DNA of 64,000 nucleotides from Escherichia coli (GCF_003334355.1 NZ_QOWP01000011.1), one strand, 5' to 3'. Shown: positions 10,509 to 22,796, counted from the stretch's first letter. Numbers and translations are program-made. The notes: generated from the sequence alone by a model not told the origin.

Positions 10509-10709
10509 GCAAACGATAACGCGGGCTAAATTTGCATTACCTGCTAATGTCGGCTGGTGGTACTATCGTCGCCATTCGTATAAGTAATTGTCTTAATTAT
10601 GCTAACTCGCCTCCTTTTCAGAACTTAGCCCCTTCGGGGTGCTGATATACTGGGATGCGATACAGAAATATGAACACGTTCAAAACACGAACAGTCCAGG
10701 AGAATTTAA

Positions 10710-11618
10710 ATGGCTGCCATTAATACGAAAGTCAAAAAAGCCGTTATCCCCGTTGCGGGATTAGGAACCAGGATGTTGCCGGCGACGAAAGCCATCCCGA
10801 AAGAGATGCTGCCACTTGTCGATAAGCCATTAATTCAATACGTCGTGAATGAATGTATTGCGGCTGGCATTACTGAAATTGTGCTGGTTACACACTCATC
10901 TAAAAACTCTATTGAAAACCACTTTGATACCAGTTTTGAACTGGAAGCAATGCTGGAAAAACGTGTAAAACGTCAACTGCTTGATGAAGTGCAGTCTATT
11001 TGTCCACCGCACGTGACTATTATGCAAGTTCGTCAGGGTCTGGCGAAAGGCCTGGGACACGCGGTATTGTGTGCTCACCCGGTAGTGGGTGATGAACCGG
11101 TAGCTGTTATTTTGCCTGATGTTATTCTGGATGAATATGAATCCGATTTGTCACAGGATAACCTGGCAGAGATGATCCGCCGCTTTGATGAAACGGGTCA
11201 TAGCCAGATCATGGTTGAACCGGTTGCTGATGTGACCGCATATGGCGTTGTGGATTGCAAAGGCGTTGAATTAGCGCCGGGTGAAAGCGTACCGATGGTT
11301 GGTGTGGTAGAAAAACCGAAAGCGGATGTTGCGCCGTCTAATCTCGCTATTGTGGGTCGTTACGTACTTAGCGCGGATATTTGGCCGTTGCTGGCAAAAA
11401 CCCCTCCGGGAGCTGGTGATGAAATTCAGCTCACCGACGCAATTGATATGCTGATCGAAAAAGAAACGGTGGAAGCCTATCATATGAAAGGGAAGAGCCA
11501 TGACTGCGGTAATAAATTAGGTTACATGCAGGCCTTCGTTGAATACGGTATTCGTCATAACACCCTTGGCACGGAATTTAAAGCCTGGCTTGAAGAAGAG
11601 ATGGGCATTAAGAAGTAA
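10710..11618 (+). CDS. galU: UTP-glucose-1-phosphate uridylyltransferase
   Basis: 302-aa ORF; nucleotidyltransferase motif [25 protein letters not shown]. Confidence 0.93.
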
Positions 11619-11642
11619 CATCCGTATCGGTGTTATCCACGA

Positions 11643-11673
11643 AACGGCGTTGAGCAATCGACGCCGTTTTTTT
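11643..11673 (+). terminator. galU terminator
   Basis: aacggcgt / acgccgtt stem followed by T7 run. Confidence 0.65.
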
Positions 11674-11711
11674 ATAGCTTATTCTTATTAAATTGTCTTA
11701 AACCGGACAAT

Positions 11712-11738
11712 AAAAAATCCCGCCGCTGGCGGGATTTT
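11712..11738 (-). terminator. hns terminator (A-run/T-run flanked hairpin)
   Basis: atcccgcc-gctg-ggcgggat hairpin with plus-strand A-run before and T-run after; 24 nt downstream of hns stop on minus strand. Confidence 0.65.
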
Positions 11739-11761
11739 AAGCAAGTGCAATCTACAAAAGA

Positions 11762-12175
11762 TTATTGCTTGATCAGGAAATCGTCGAGGGATTTACCTTG
11801 CTCATCCATTGCTTTTTTGATTACAGCTGGAGTACGGCCTTGGCCAGTCCAGGTTTTAGTTTCGCCGTTTTCGTCAACGTAGCTATATTTTGCCGGACGC
11901 TGAGCACGTTTAGCTTTGGTGCCAGATTTAACGGCAGCAAGGCTATTCAGCAGTTCGTTCGGGTCAATACCGTCAGCGATCAGCATTTCGCGATATTGCT
12001 GCAGTTTACGAGTGCGCTCTTCAACTTCAGCAGCAGCCGCGCTTTCTTCTTCGCGACGTTCGTTAACAACAACTTCTAATTTTTCCAGCATTTCTTCCAG
12101 CGTTTCAAGTGTACATTCTCTTGCCTGCGCACGAAGAGTACGGATGTTGTTCAGAATTTTAAGTGCTTCGCTCAT
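11762..12175 (-). CDS. hns: nucleoid protein H-NS
   Basis: 137-aa [23 protein letters not shown]...TWTGQGRTP recognised as H-NS. Confidence 0.96.
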
Positions 12176-12779
12176 TGTAGTAATCTCAAACTTATATTGG
12201 GGTGGTTTGTTGAGGTAATAATAGAGCCTTAAATTCAGTTGTGCAATAGCCAGGAATGTAAGGAATTCAAAATTGTTCTTTATTTTGTGCCGCCAATAAA
12301 TATCTTTTCATAAAATTAGCCAGAAAAGACGCGGCATATAGCCCTATTTACACCGATGATTTCGCAGCACGTGAGGTTAAAACTTCCTGATTCATGTCAC
12401 ATTTTATGGGGAGATTATCGTAGGCTGACGACCTTTCAGTCTTCTGTATTAGTTGTGTTTACGAGAATTCCCTATTAAGCGAATGATGAAAAGTAGAACA
12501 GTCGCAATAAGAGCATGGACTTAGTATTGCACTATCTCCTGGAGGTCAACAGAGGGCTATTACTTGCGCAACAGGTTAAAGATTGTGAATAGTTACCAGC
12601 AGTCATTTACCCGCTTATAACAAGCGAGGCAGTTGTAATGATAGCTCAGAAGGATTATGCAAGGCTTCGTAAGGGAGAACGCATATACCCACTTCTGTGC
12701 ATACTGTTGAGCTGAAAAACTGACGAATTATGATAAACTCCAGCCAACTTTATTTCATATCATTGAGGGCCTGTGGCTG

Positions 12780-13397
12780 ATGGCACAGCTATATTTCTAC
12801 TATTCCGCAATGAATGCGGGTAAGTCTACAGCATTGTTGCAATCTTCATACAATTACCAGGAACGCGGCATGCGCACTGTCGTATATACGGCAGAAATTG
12901 ATGATCGCTTTGGTGCCGGGAAAGTCAGTTCGCGTATAGGTTTGTCATCGCCTGCAAAATTATTTAACCAAAATTCATCATTATTTGATGAGATTCGTGC
13001 GGAACATGAACAGCAGGCAATTCATTGCGTACTGGTTGATGAATGCCAGTTTTTAACCAGACAACAAGTATATGAATTATCGGAGGTTGTCGATCAACTC
13101 GATATACCCGTACTTTGTTATGGTTTACGTACCGATTTTCGAGGTGAATTATTTATTGGCAGCCAATACTTACTGGCATGGTCCGACAAACTGGTTGAAT
13201 TAAAAACCATCTGTTTTTGTGGCCGTAAAGCAAGCATGGTGCTGCGTCTTGATCAAGCAGGCAGACCTTATAACGAAGGTGAGCAGGTGGTAATTGGTGG
13301 TAATGAACGATACGTTTCTGTATGCCGTAAACACTATAAAGAGGCGTTACAAGTCGACTCATTAACGGCTATTCAGGAAAGGCATCGCCACGATTAA
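12780..13397 (+). CDS. tdk: thymidine kinase
   Basis: 205-aa ORF with P-loop SAMNAGKST and C-terminal Cys zinc motif. Confidence 0.92.
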   Translation: MAQLYFYYSAMNAGKSTALLQSSYNYQERGMRTVVYTAEIDDRFGAGKVSSRIGLSSPAKLFNQNSSLFDEIRAEHEQQAIHCVLVDECQFLTRQQVYELSEVVDQLDIPVLCYGLRTDFRGELFIGSQYLLAWSDKLVELKTICFCGRKASMVLRLDQAGRPYNEGEQVVIGGNERYVSVCRKHYKEALQVDSLTAIQERHRHD

Positions 13398-13411
13398 TAA
13401 GAATTTCTTTA

Positions 13412-13454
13412 CTGACAGGGTGAGCAGGGCACTTTTATCCTGTCAGTTCGTTTT
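13412..13454 (+). terminator. putative tdk terminator
   Basis: ctgacagg ... cctgtcag inverted repeat with long loop, then ttcgtttt. Confidence 0.5.
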
Positions 13455-13678
13455 ACGCACTTCTTCCGGGCTATATACCCTTCTCGGCAGTTTTTTAACG
13501 CCGCTATACGCCTCACAGGGCTCTTAAGCACCGACGTTGACTTGTGACCTGTAAAGTACAATATCCCTGTGTTTAGGCGTTATACATCGTCGCAAATATG
13601 ATGAAGGCTAATGCTGTCGGTTTATGGAAAAGTTGCTTTGGGTAAACAAAAAATACGGTCCCAGAAGGGCAATGCCGT

Positions 13679-14575
13679 TCACTTAAGAGGAGCGGCACTA
13701 TGTTTCACAGGATAACGGGTTTTTGATATCTTAACCGACCTCGGCCTTGATGGTCGGGGGCGTTTTGTTATGAACACCACTTCCAGAGCACCCCGAAGAT
13801 GCTCCAGTCGTTTCGGGATGGTCCCTGGTGACGCCGTGTTTCCCAGCTCTATCATTTCTGATGCGATATTCTTCCACGCAGGCAGTAGCCAGTGGCGGTT
13901 ACAACCCTTCTGGTTCAGCGTCAGCAGCAGGTCTTCGCTGTAAAAAAGTTTATCAAACAACGTAATAGAGTTATCCGGGATGGTGGCGAGCATGGAGTGG
14001 GCCAGCACAGTTTCGCTCTGCCGGTAAGGTGCGGTCACGGCATTCAGCAGAATGTGACTTCCCAGGTTCATTAAGGCCACCAGACGCATAACCGGGTAGG
14101 CGTTCTGCCGCTTAGTGGATGTGTTGGCAGACCCATAATATTCACGCAGCTCGGGTTTATCAGGTGTCCTGAACTGTGCGCCATCAATGGCAAAAAGTTG
14201 CAGGCCGTGCCAGTCATCCTTCAAGTAACGTTCCGCGCCCCTGTCTGTGCGGTCTGGCGGAAGAGCCATTCCACTGGGGCGGCCCCCACGCGCTGACGCG
14301 CCTGGGTGACAGCGCTGCGGGCCAGCAGGTTCATCCCCGCTTCGCCATCCGCGCTCAGGTTCAGACGGCGAACAACATCGGTAATTGGCTCATTGCACCA
14401 CCATCCAGATAACCATGTCCCCCGGTAAACGACGGCGGCGAACGGTCGCATGAGCAGAAAACGTCAGGCAGTGTTGTATCCACTCGGTGGGAAGGTGTTC
14501 TGCAAATAGTTGTGCAGAGGGCGGAGGCATAAGCGGATGGTCACTGAAATCGAGCAGATCATTGAGAAGTGGCAT
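13679..14575 (-). pseudogene. insZ: transposase-like pseudogene (IS remnant, frameshifted)
   Basis: Three consecutive minus-strand ORFs (14390-14575, 14221-14451, 13679-14269) in alternating frames with transposase-like composition; matches the position of the K-12 pseudogene between tdk and adhE. Confidence 0.65.
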
Positions 14576-14698
14576 AAGAAAACGGCTCCCTGTTGTGGAA
14601 GCCGTTATAGTGCCTCAGTTTAAGGATCGGTCAACTAATCCTTAACTGATCGGCATTGCCCAGAAGGGGCCGTTTATGTTGCCAGACAGCGCTACTGA

Positions 14699-17374
14699 TT
14701 AAGCGGATTTTTTCGCTTTTTTCTCAGCTTTAGCCGGAGCAGCTTCTTTCTTCGCTGCAGTTTCACCTTCTACATAATCACGACCGTAGTAGGTATCCAG
14801 CAGAATCTGTTTCAGCTCGGAGATCAGCGGGTAACGCGGGTTAGCGCCGGTGCACTGGTCATCGAATGCATCTTCAGACAGTTTATCCACGTTCGCCAGG
14901 AAGTCTGCTTCCTGAACGCCAGCTTCACGGATAGATTTCGGAATACCCAGTTCAGCTTTCAGCGTTTCCAGCCATGCCAGCAGTTTCTCGATCTTAGCAG
15001 CAGTACGGTCGCCCGGTGCGCTCAGACCCAAGTGGTCGGCAATTTCAGCATAACGACGGCGAGCCTGCGGACGGTCATACTGGCTGAATGCAGTCTGCTT
15101 GGTCGGGTTGTCGTTCGCATTGTAGCGAATAACGTTACAAATCAGCAGGGCGTTTGCCAGACCGTGCGGAATATGGAACTGGGAACCCAGTTTGTGCGCC
15201 ATTGAGTGACATACACCCAGGAAGGCGTTCGCAAACGCGATACCCGCGATAGTCGCTGCACTGTGAACACGTTCACGCGCTACCGGATTTTTAGACCCTT
15301 CGTGGTAGGACGCTGGCAGATATTCTTTCAGCAGTTTCAGTGCCTGCAGAGCCTGACCATCAGAGAACTCAGATGCCAGTACAGAAACATAAGCTTCCAT
15401 GGCGTGAGTTACTGCGTCCAGACCACCGAAAGCACACAGGGACTTCGGCATGTCCATAACCAGGTTGGCGTCGACAATCGCCATATCCGGAGTCAGCGCA
15501 TAGTCTGCCAGCGGATATTTCTGACCAGTAGCGTCGTCAGTTACAACCGCAAACGGAGTGACTTCAGAACCTGTACCAGAAGTGGTGGTGACAGCGATCA
15601 TTTTCGCTTTCACGCCCATTTTCGGGAACTTGTAGATACGTTTACGGATATCCATAAAGCGCAGCGCCAGCTCTTCGAAGTGAGTTTCCGGATGTTCGTA
15701 CATAACCCACATGATCTTCGCGGCGTCCATCGGGGAACCACCACCCAGCGCGATAATCACGTCTGGTTTGAAGGAGTTTGCCAGTTCTGCACCTTTACGA
15801 ACGATGCTCAGGGTCGGGTCCGCTTCTACTTCGAAGAAGACTTCAGTTTCAACGCCTGCTGCTTTCAGTACGGAAGTGATCTGATCAGCATAACCATTGT
15901 TGAACAGGAAGCGGTCAGTCACGATGAGCGCACGTTTGTGGCCATCAGTAATCACTTCATCCAGCGCGATTGGCAGGGAGCCACGGCGGAAGTAGATAGA
16001 TTTCGGAAGTTTGTGCCACAACATGTTTTCAGCTCGCTTAGCAACGGTTTTCTTGTTGATCAGGTGTTTCGGACCAACGTTTTCAGAGATGGAGTTACCA
16101 CCCCAAGAACCACAACCCAGAGTCAGGGAAGGTGCGAGTTTGAAGTTATACAGGTCACCGATACCACCCTGAGACGCTGGGGTGTTAATCAGGATACGCG
16201 CCGTTTTCATTTTCTGACCGAAGTAAGAAACGCGAGCCGGTTGGTTATCCTGGTCAGTGTACAGGCAAGAGGTATGACCGATACCGCCCATAGCAACCAG
16301 TTTCTCTGCTTTTTCTACCGCGTCTTCGAAATCTTTAGCGCGGTACATTGCCAGAGTCGGGGACAGTTTTTCATGTGCGAACGGTTCGCTTTCATCAACA
16401 ACGGTCACTTCACCGATCAGAATCTTGGTGTTTTCTGGTACAGAGAAGCCTGCCAGTTCAGCAATTTTATAGGCTGGCTGACCAACGATAGCCGCGTTCA
16501 GCGCACCGTTTTTCAGGATAACATCCTGAACAGCTTTCAGCTCTTTACCCTGCAACAGATAGCCGCCGTGGGTTGCAAAACGTTCACGTACAGCATCATA
16601 AACAGAGTCAACAACAACAACAGACTGTTCAGAAGCACAGATTACGCCGTTGTCGAAGGTTTTGGACATCAGTACAGATGCAACTGCACGTTTGATATCA
16701 GCAGTTTCATCGATAACAACTGGAGTGTTGCCCGCGCCTACACCGATAGCTGGTTTACCGGAGCTGTATGCGGCTTTAACCATGCCCGGACCACCAGTCG
16801 CGAGGATCAGGTTGATGTCTGGGTGGTGCATCAGTGCGTTAGACAGTTCAACAGAAGGTTGATCGATCCAGCCGATCAGATCTTTCGGAGCACCGGCAGC
16901 GATAGCAGCCTGCAGAACGATATCAGCCGCTTTGTTGGTGGCATCTTTTGCACGCGGGTGCGGGGAGAAGATAATGGCGTTACGGGTCTTCAGACTGATC
17001 AGCGATTTGAAGATAGCAGTTGAAGTCGGGTTAGTGGTCGGAACGATACCGCAAATAATACCGATTGGTTCAGCGATAGTGATGGTACCAAAAGTGTCGT
17101 CTTCAGACAGAACACCACAGGTTTTTTCATCTTTATAGGCGTTGTAGATATATTCAGAAGCAAAGTGGTTTTTGATCACTTTATCTTCGACGATACCCAT
17201 GCCGGATTCGGCAACGGCCATTTTCGCGAGTGGGATTCGAGCATCTGCAGCAGCCAGAGCGGCGGCGCGGAAGATTTTGTCTACTTGCTCTTGAGTGAAA
17301 CTGGCATATTCACGCTGGGCTTTTTTTACACGCTCTACGAGTGCGTTAAGTTCAGCGACATTAGTAACAGCCAT
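14699..17374 (-). CDS. adhE: bifunctional aldehyde/alcohol dehydrogenase
   Basis: 891-aa ORF; N-terminal aldehyde dehydrogenase and C-terminal Fe-ADH domains; Ala/Lys-rich C-terminal tail. Confidence 0.95.
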
Positions 17375-17850
17375 AATGCTCTCCTGATAATGTTAAACTT
17401 TTTTAGTAAATCATCTGCTCGAATACGAGAGTATAGTCAGTGCGGTGATGATTTGCTTAACCTATGAAAATCAAAAGCTTACTCGCGCTCACACTCACTG
17501 TGATTTACTAAAAGAGTTTAAACATTAGAGTTATTATCTCTAATGCGTCACTTCCAGGTGGCGTAAGCAAGATTACTCACTTCTGGGTACTGATTACGTG
17601 ATCCAAATCAAATTTTTGCAAAGCTGACACCTTTCAGCATCGCTTTTCGCCATTATAGCTAACAGTTAATAAATTGTAGTATGATTTGGTGGCTACATTA
17701 GCATGTTTTGCACAACTAGATAACAATAACGAATGATAGCAATTTTAAGTAGTTAGGAGGTGAAAAATGCTGTCAAAAGGCGTATTGTCAGCGCGTCTTT
17801 TCAACCTTATTTATGGCTAACATTATCCGGCTTTTGCTTCGGAGCTAACC

Positions 17851-18498
17851 GTGATTCAGACCTTTTTTGATTTTCCCGTTTACTTCAAATTTTTCATCGG
17901 GTTATTTGCGCTGGTCAACCCGGTAGGGATTATTCCCGTCTTTATCAGCATGACCAGTTATCAGACAGCGGCAGCGCGAAACAAAACTAACCTTACAGCC
18001 AACCTGTCTGTGGCCATTATCTTGTGGATCTCGCTTTTTCTCGGCGACACGATTCTGCAACTTTTTGGTATATCAATTGATTCGTTCCGTATCGCCGGGG
18101 GCATCCTGGTGGTGACGATAGCGATGTCGATGATCAGCGGCAAGCTTGGCGAGGATAAACAGAACAAGCAAGAAAAATCAGAAACCGCGGTACGTGAAAG
18201 CATTGGTGTGGTGCCATTGGCGTTGCCGTTGATGGCGGGGCCAGGGGCGATCAGTTCTACCATCGTCTGGGGTACGCGTTATCACAGCATTAGCTATCTG
18301 TTTGGTTTCTTTGTGGCTATTGCATTGTTCGCTTTATGTTGCTGGGGATTGTTCCGCATGGCACCGTGGCTGGTACGGGTTTTACGCCAGACCGGCATCA
18401 ACGTGATTACGCGTATTATGGGGCTATTGCTGATGGCATTGGGGATTGAATTTATCGTTACTGGTATTAAGGGGATTTTCCCCGGCCTGCTTAATTAA
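17851..18498 (+). CDS. ychE: MarC-family inner membrane protein (UPF0056)
   Basis: 215-aa hydrophobic ORF; position after adhE. Confidence 0.88.
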   Translation: MIQTFFDFPVYFKFFIGLFALVNPVGIIPVFISMTSYQTAAARNKTNLTANLSVAIILWISLFLGDTILQLFGISIDSFRIAGGILVVTIAMSMISGKLGEDKQNKQEKSETAVRESIGVVPLALPLMAGPGAISSTIVWGTRYHSISYLFGFFVAIALFALCCWGLFRMAPWLVRVLRQTGINVITRIMGLLLMALGIEFIVTGIKGIFPGLLN

Positions 18499-18511
18499 TT
18501 CCTTTCAAATG

Positions 18512-18535
18512 AAACGGAGCTGCCATGCTCCGTTT
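18512..18535 (+). terminator. putative ychE terminator
   Basis: aaacggagc / gctccgttt stem 14 nt after ychE stop; weak T-tract. Confidence 0.45.
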
Positions 18536-19235
18536 ACTTCGTCATTATTTTTACTTTGTTCCCGCGCAGTTATCAAAAGCAAAAGGAATAGGTAAAAATA
18601 TTCTTCTCAAATTACAGTTAGTTATAAGGATTTCCTTAACTGCTTCTCCTCACCATCATGTTATTTTCGCCACATCATAATCCTGGGCTTGCTGAAGAAT
18701 AATTGAAATGATATTAGTAATTCCACTGCCTTTGGTAGAGGAAAGTGCTAAATAATAATCAATTGTTAAATTATTGTGCATTTCACTACTGGAACTGTAA
18801 TCAGAAAAGATAGACATGCTTAGCCAATCTCTATTTGATTGAATTGAAAGATGTTTGTTAAGGCATGGATGCAAGCTATAGATTCTGATACGGTCAATAA
18901 AAGAGAATTGCTTAACAATTTTGCAAAATGTATTGGCGAGTAAGAACCGCATTTGGTACTTTCCGGGCAACCGCCAGACGATTCTTTATTGGTAATGAGA
19001 ATAATTAACAATTAAAGAGCGTCGCGAAAGAATAATGTGTCTCGACAGGGGAGACACAGTACGAATCGACATAAGGTGATCGTCTGAATCACCAGAATAA
19101 ATAAAGTCGGTGATAGTAATACGTAACGATAAAGTAACCTGACAGCAGAAAGTCTCCGAGCCTGTGCAGGGTCCCAATCCGGGATTACACATGCTGGTTA
19201 ATACCAGTAATTATAATGAGGGAGTCCAAAAAACA

Positions 19236-20867
19236 ATGACCAACATCACCAAGAGAAGTTTAGTAGCAGCTGGCGTTCTGGCTGCGCTAATGGCAGGGAA
19301 TGTCGCGCTGGCAGCTGATGTACCCGCAGGCGTCACACTGGCGGAAAAACAAACACTGGTACGTAACAATGGTTCAGAAGTTCAGTCATTAGATCCGCAC
19401 AAAATTGAAGGTGTTCCGGAGTCTAATATCAGCCGAGACCTGTTTGAAGGCTTACTGGTCAGCGATCTTGACGGTCATCCAGCACCTGGCGTCGCTGAAT
19501 CCTGGGATAATAAAGACGCGAAAGTCTGGACCTTCCATTTGCGTAAAGATGCGAAATGGTCTGATGGCACGCCAGTCACAGCACAAGACTTTGTGTATAG
19601 CTGGCAACGTTCTGTTGATCCGAACACTGCTTCTCCGTATGCCAGTTATCTGCAATATGGGCATATCGCCGGTATTGATGAAATTCTTGAAGGGAAAAAA
19701 CCGATTACCGATCTCGGCGTGAAAGCTATTGATGATCACACATTAGAAGTCACCTTAAGTGAACCCGTTCCGTACTTCTATAAATTACTTGTTCACCCAT
19801 CAACTTCACCGGTGCCAAAAGCCGCTATCGAGAAATTCGGCGAAAAATGGACCCAGCCTGGTAATATCGTCACCAACGGTGCCTATACCTTAAAAGATTG
19901 GGTCGTAAACGAACGAATCGTTCTTGAACGCAGCCCGACCTACTGGAACAACGCGAAAACCGTTATTAACCAGGTAACCTATTTGCCTATTGCTTCTGAA
20001 GTTACCGATGTCAACCGCTACCGTAGTGGTGAAATCGACATGACTTATAACAACATGCCGATCGAATTGTTCCAGAAGCTGAAAAAAGAGATCCCGGACG
20101 AAGTTCACGTTGATCCATACCTGTGCACTTACTATTACGAAATTAACAACCAGAAACCGCCATTCAACGATGTGCGTGTGCGTACCGCACTGAAACTAGG
20201 TATGGACCGCGATATCATTGTTAATAAAGTGAAAGCGCAGGGCGACATGCCCGCCTATGGTTACACTCCACCGTATACTGATGGCGCAAAATTGACTCAG
20301 CCGGAATGGTTTGGCTGGAGCCAGGAAAAACGTAACGAAGAAGCGAAAAAACTGCTGGCTGAAGCGGGTTATACCGCAGACAAACCGTTGACCATCAACC
20401 TGTTGTATAACACCTCCGATCTGCATAAAAAGCTGGCGATTGCTGCCTCTTCATTGTGGAAGAAAAACATTGGTGTAAACGTCAAACTGGTTAACCAGGA
20501 GTGGAAAACGTTCCTCGACACCCGTCACCAGGGTACTTTTGATGTGGCCCGTGCAGGCTGGTGTGCTGACTACAACGAACCAACTTCCTTCCTGAACACC
20601 ATGCTTTCGAACAGCTCGATGAATACCGCGCATTATAAGAGCCCGGCCTTTGACAGCATTATGGCGGAAACGCTGAAAGTGACTGACGAGGCGCAGCGCA
20701 CAGCTCTGTACACTAAAGCAGAACAACAGCTGGATAAGGATTCGGCCATTGTTCCTGTTTATTACTACGTGAATGCGCGTCTGGTGAAACCGTGGGTTGG
20801 TGGCTATACCGGCAAAGATCCGCTGGATAATACCTATACCCGGAATATGTACATTGTGAAGCACTAA
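19236..20867 (+). CDS. oppA: oligopeptide ABC transporter periplasmic binding protein
   Basis: ATG at 19236 preceded by GAGGGAG; signal peptide MTNITKRSLVAAGVLAALMAGNVALA; 543 aa. Confidence 0.93.
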   Translation: MTNITKRSLVAAGVLAALMAGNVALAADVPAGVTLAEKQTLVRNNGSEVQSLDPHKIEGVPESNISRDLFEGLLVSDLDGHPAPGVAESWDNKDAKVWTFHLRKDAKWSDGTPVTAQDFVYSWQRSVDPNTASPYASYLQYGHIAGIDEILEGKKPITDLGVKAIDDHTLEVTLSEPVPYFYKLLVHPSTSPVPKAAIEKFGEKWTQPGNIVTNGAYTLKDWVVNERIVLERSPTYWNNAKTVINQVTYLPIASEVTDVNRYRSGEIDMTYNNMPIELFQKLKKEIPDEVHVDPYLCTYYYEINNQKPPFNDVRVRTALKLGMDRDIIVNKVKAQGDMPAYGYTPPYTDGAKLTQPEWFGWSQEKRNEEAKKLLAEAGYTADKPLTINLLYNTSDLHKKLAIAASSLWKKNIGVNVKLVNQEWKTFLDTRHQGTFDVARAGWCADYNEPTSFLNTMLSNSSMNTAHYKSPAFDSIMAETLKVTDEAQRTALYTKAEQQLDKDSAIVPVYYYVNARLVKPWVGGYTGKDPLDNTYTRNMYIVKH

Positions 20868-20952
20868 TGGCAATACGTGGGGCAGGAGTGTCCTGCTCCA
20901 CGGTGTCTGATTTTTATCGCATTACAGAAGGCACAGGCCAGAAGGTAGGGCA

Positions 20953-21873
20953 ATGTTAAAATTTATTCTACGTCGCTGTCTGGAAGCGATTCCGACGCTA
21001 TTTATTCTTATTACTATTTCGTTCTTTATGATGCGCCTCGCGCCGGGAAGCCCTTTTACCGGCGAACGTACTTTACCGCCAGAAGTGATGGCCAATATCG
21101 AAGCGAAATATCATCTTAATGATCCGATCATGACACAGTATTTCAGCTACCTGAAACAACTGGCGCACGGTGATTTCGGTCCATCGTTTAAATATAAAGA
21201 TTATTCGGTCAATGACTTGGTTGCATCCAGTTTTCCCGTTTCTGCCAAACTGGGAGCCGCAGCATTTTTCCTTGCGGTAATACTGGGTGTTAGTGCTGGC
21301 GTTATTGCCGCATTAAAACAAAACACCAAATGGGACTATACCGTGATGGGGCTGGCAATGACCGGGGTTGTTATCCCCAGTTTTGTGGTTGCACCATTAT
21401 TAGTCATGATATTTGCGATCATTTTGCATTGGCTGCCGGGCGGTGGCTGGAATGGTGGGGCGCTTAAATTCATGATATTGCCGATGGTGGCGTTGTCACT
21501 CGCTTATATCGCCAGTATTGCGCGTATTACCCGTGGCTCTATGATTGAAGTATTACACTCCAATTTTATTCGTACTGCCCGGGCGAAAGGGTTACCTATG
21601 CGGCGGATCATTTTACGTCACGCATTAAAACCTGCTCTGTTACCCGTGCTCTCTTATATGGGCCCCGCATTTGTCGGCATTATTACCGGTTCTATGGTTA
21701 TCGAAACCATTTATGGTTTGCCGGGGATTGGACAACTGTTCGTTAATGGCGCATTGAACCGTGACTATTCCTTAGTGTTAAGCCTGACCATCCTGGTTGG
21801 TGCTTTAACCATTTTGTTTAATGCCATTGTCGATGTGCTATATGCGGTTATCGACCCGAAAATCCGTTACTGA
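20953..21873 (+). CDS. oppB: oligopeptide ABC transporter permease
   Basis: 306-aa multi-TM ORF, first permease of opp operon. Confidence 0.93.
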   Translation: MLKFILRRCLEAIPTLFILITISFFMMRLAPGSPFTGERTLPPEVMANIEAKYHLNDPIMTQYFSYLKQLAHGDFGPSFKYKDYSVNDLVASSFPVSAKLGAAAFFLAVILGVSAGVIAALKQNTKWDYTVMGLAMTGVVIPSFVVAPLLVMIFAIILHWLPGGGWNGGALKFMILPMVALSLAYIASIARITRGSMIEVLHSNFIRTARAKGLPMRRIILRHALKPALLPVLSYMGPAFVGIITGSMVIETIYGLPGIGQLFVNGALNRDYSLVLSLTILVGALTILFNAIVDVLYAVIDPKIRY

Positions 21874-21887
21874 TACTGGAGCTCGCG

Positions 21888-22796
21888 ATGATGTTAAGTA
21901 AGAAAAACAGCGAGACGCTGGAAAATTTCAGTGAAAAGCTGGAGGTCGAAGGGCGCAGCTTGTGGCAGGACGCACGTCGACGTTTTATGCATAACCGTGC
22001 GGCGGTTGCCAGTCTGATAGTGCTGGTGCTGATCGCGTTATTTGTAATCCTGGCACCGATGCTTTCCCAGTTTGCCTATGACGATACTGACTGGGCGATG
22101 ATGTCCAGCGCCCCGGATATGGAGTCCGGTCACTACTTTGGTACTGACTCATCCGGTCGCGACCTGCTTGTGCGCGTTGCGATTGGCGGGCGTATCTCAC
22201 TCATGGTCGGTGTTGCTGCGGCACTGGTGGCTGTGGTCGTCGGGACACTTTATGGTTCGCTTTCCGGTTATCTGGGCGGTAAAGTGGATTCGGTAATGAT
22301 GCGTCTGCTGGAAATCCTCAACTCCTTCCCATTCATGTTCTTCGTCATTTTGCTGGTGACCTTTTTCGGTCAAAACATCCTGCTGATTTTCGTGGCGATA
22401 GGCATGGTTTCCTGGCTGGATATGGCTCGTATTGTGCGTGGGCAAACCCTGAGTCTGAAGCGCAAAGAGTTTATTGAGGCGGCACAAGTTGGCGGTGTAT
22501 CGACATCGGGCATTGTTATTCGCCACATTGTGCCGAATGTACTCGGTGTGGTGGTGGTCTACGCATCACTTCTGGTGCCCAGCATGATCCTCTTTGAATC
22601 TTTCCTTAGCTTCCTGGGGTTGGGTACGCAAGAGCCGTTAAGCAGCTGGGGTGCATTGCTGAGTGATGGCGCGAACTCGATGGAAGTCTCTCCATGGTTA
22701 TTGTTGTTCCCAGCGGGATTCCTCGTGGTGACGCTGTTTTGTTTCAACTTTATCGGCGATGGCTTGCGTGATGCCCTCGACCCGAAAGATCGTTAA
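21888..22796 (+). CDS. oppC: oligopeptide ABC transporter permease
   Basis: 302-aa multi-TM ORF. Confidence 0.92.
   Translation: MMLSKKNSETLENFSEKLEVEGRSLWQDARRRFMHNRAAVASLIVLVLIALFVILAPMLSQFAYDDTDWAMMSSAPDMESGHYFGTDSSGRDLLVRVAIGGRISLMVGVAAALVAVVVGTLYGSLSGYLGGKVDSVMMRLLEILNSFPFMFFVILLVTFFGQNILLIFVAIGMVSWLDMARIVRGQTLSLKRKEFIEAAQVGGVSTSGIVIRHIVPNVLGVVVVYASLLVPSMILFESFLSFLGLGTQEPLSSWGALLSDGANSMEVSPWLLLFPAGFLVVTLFCFNFIGDGLRDALDPKDR

Noticed and set aside
10626-10643. gcccc-ttcg-ggggt hairpin downstream of rssB as a terminator
   Set aside because: UUCG tetraloop hairpin without a following U-tract, and it lies in the galU leader; function cannot be assigned from sequence
15206-17023. 605-aa plus-strand ORF
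   Set aside because: Lies entirely antisense within adhE, whose minus-strand product is unmistakable; a long antisense frame is the expected artefact of codon bias in a highly expressed GC-balanced gene
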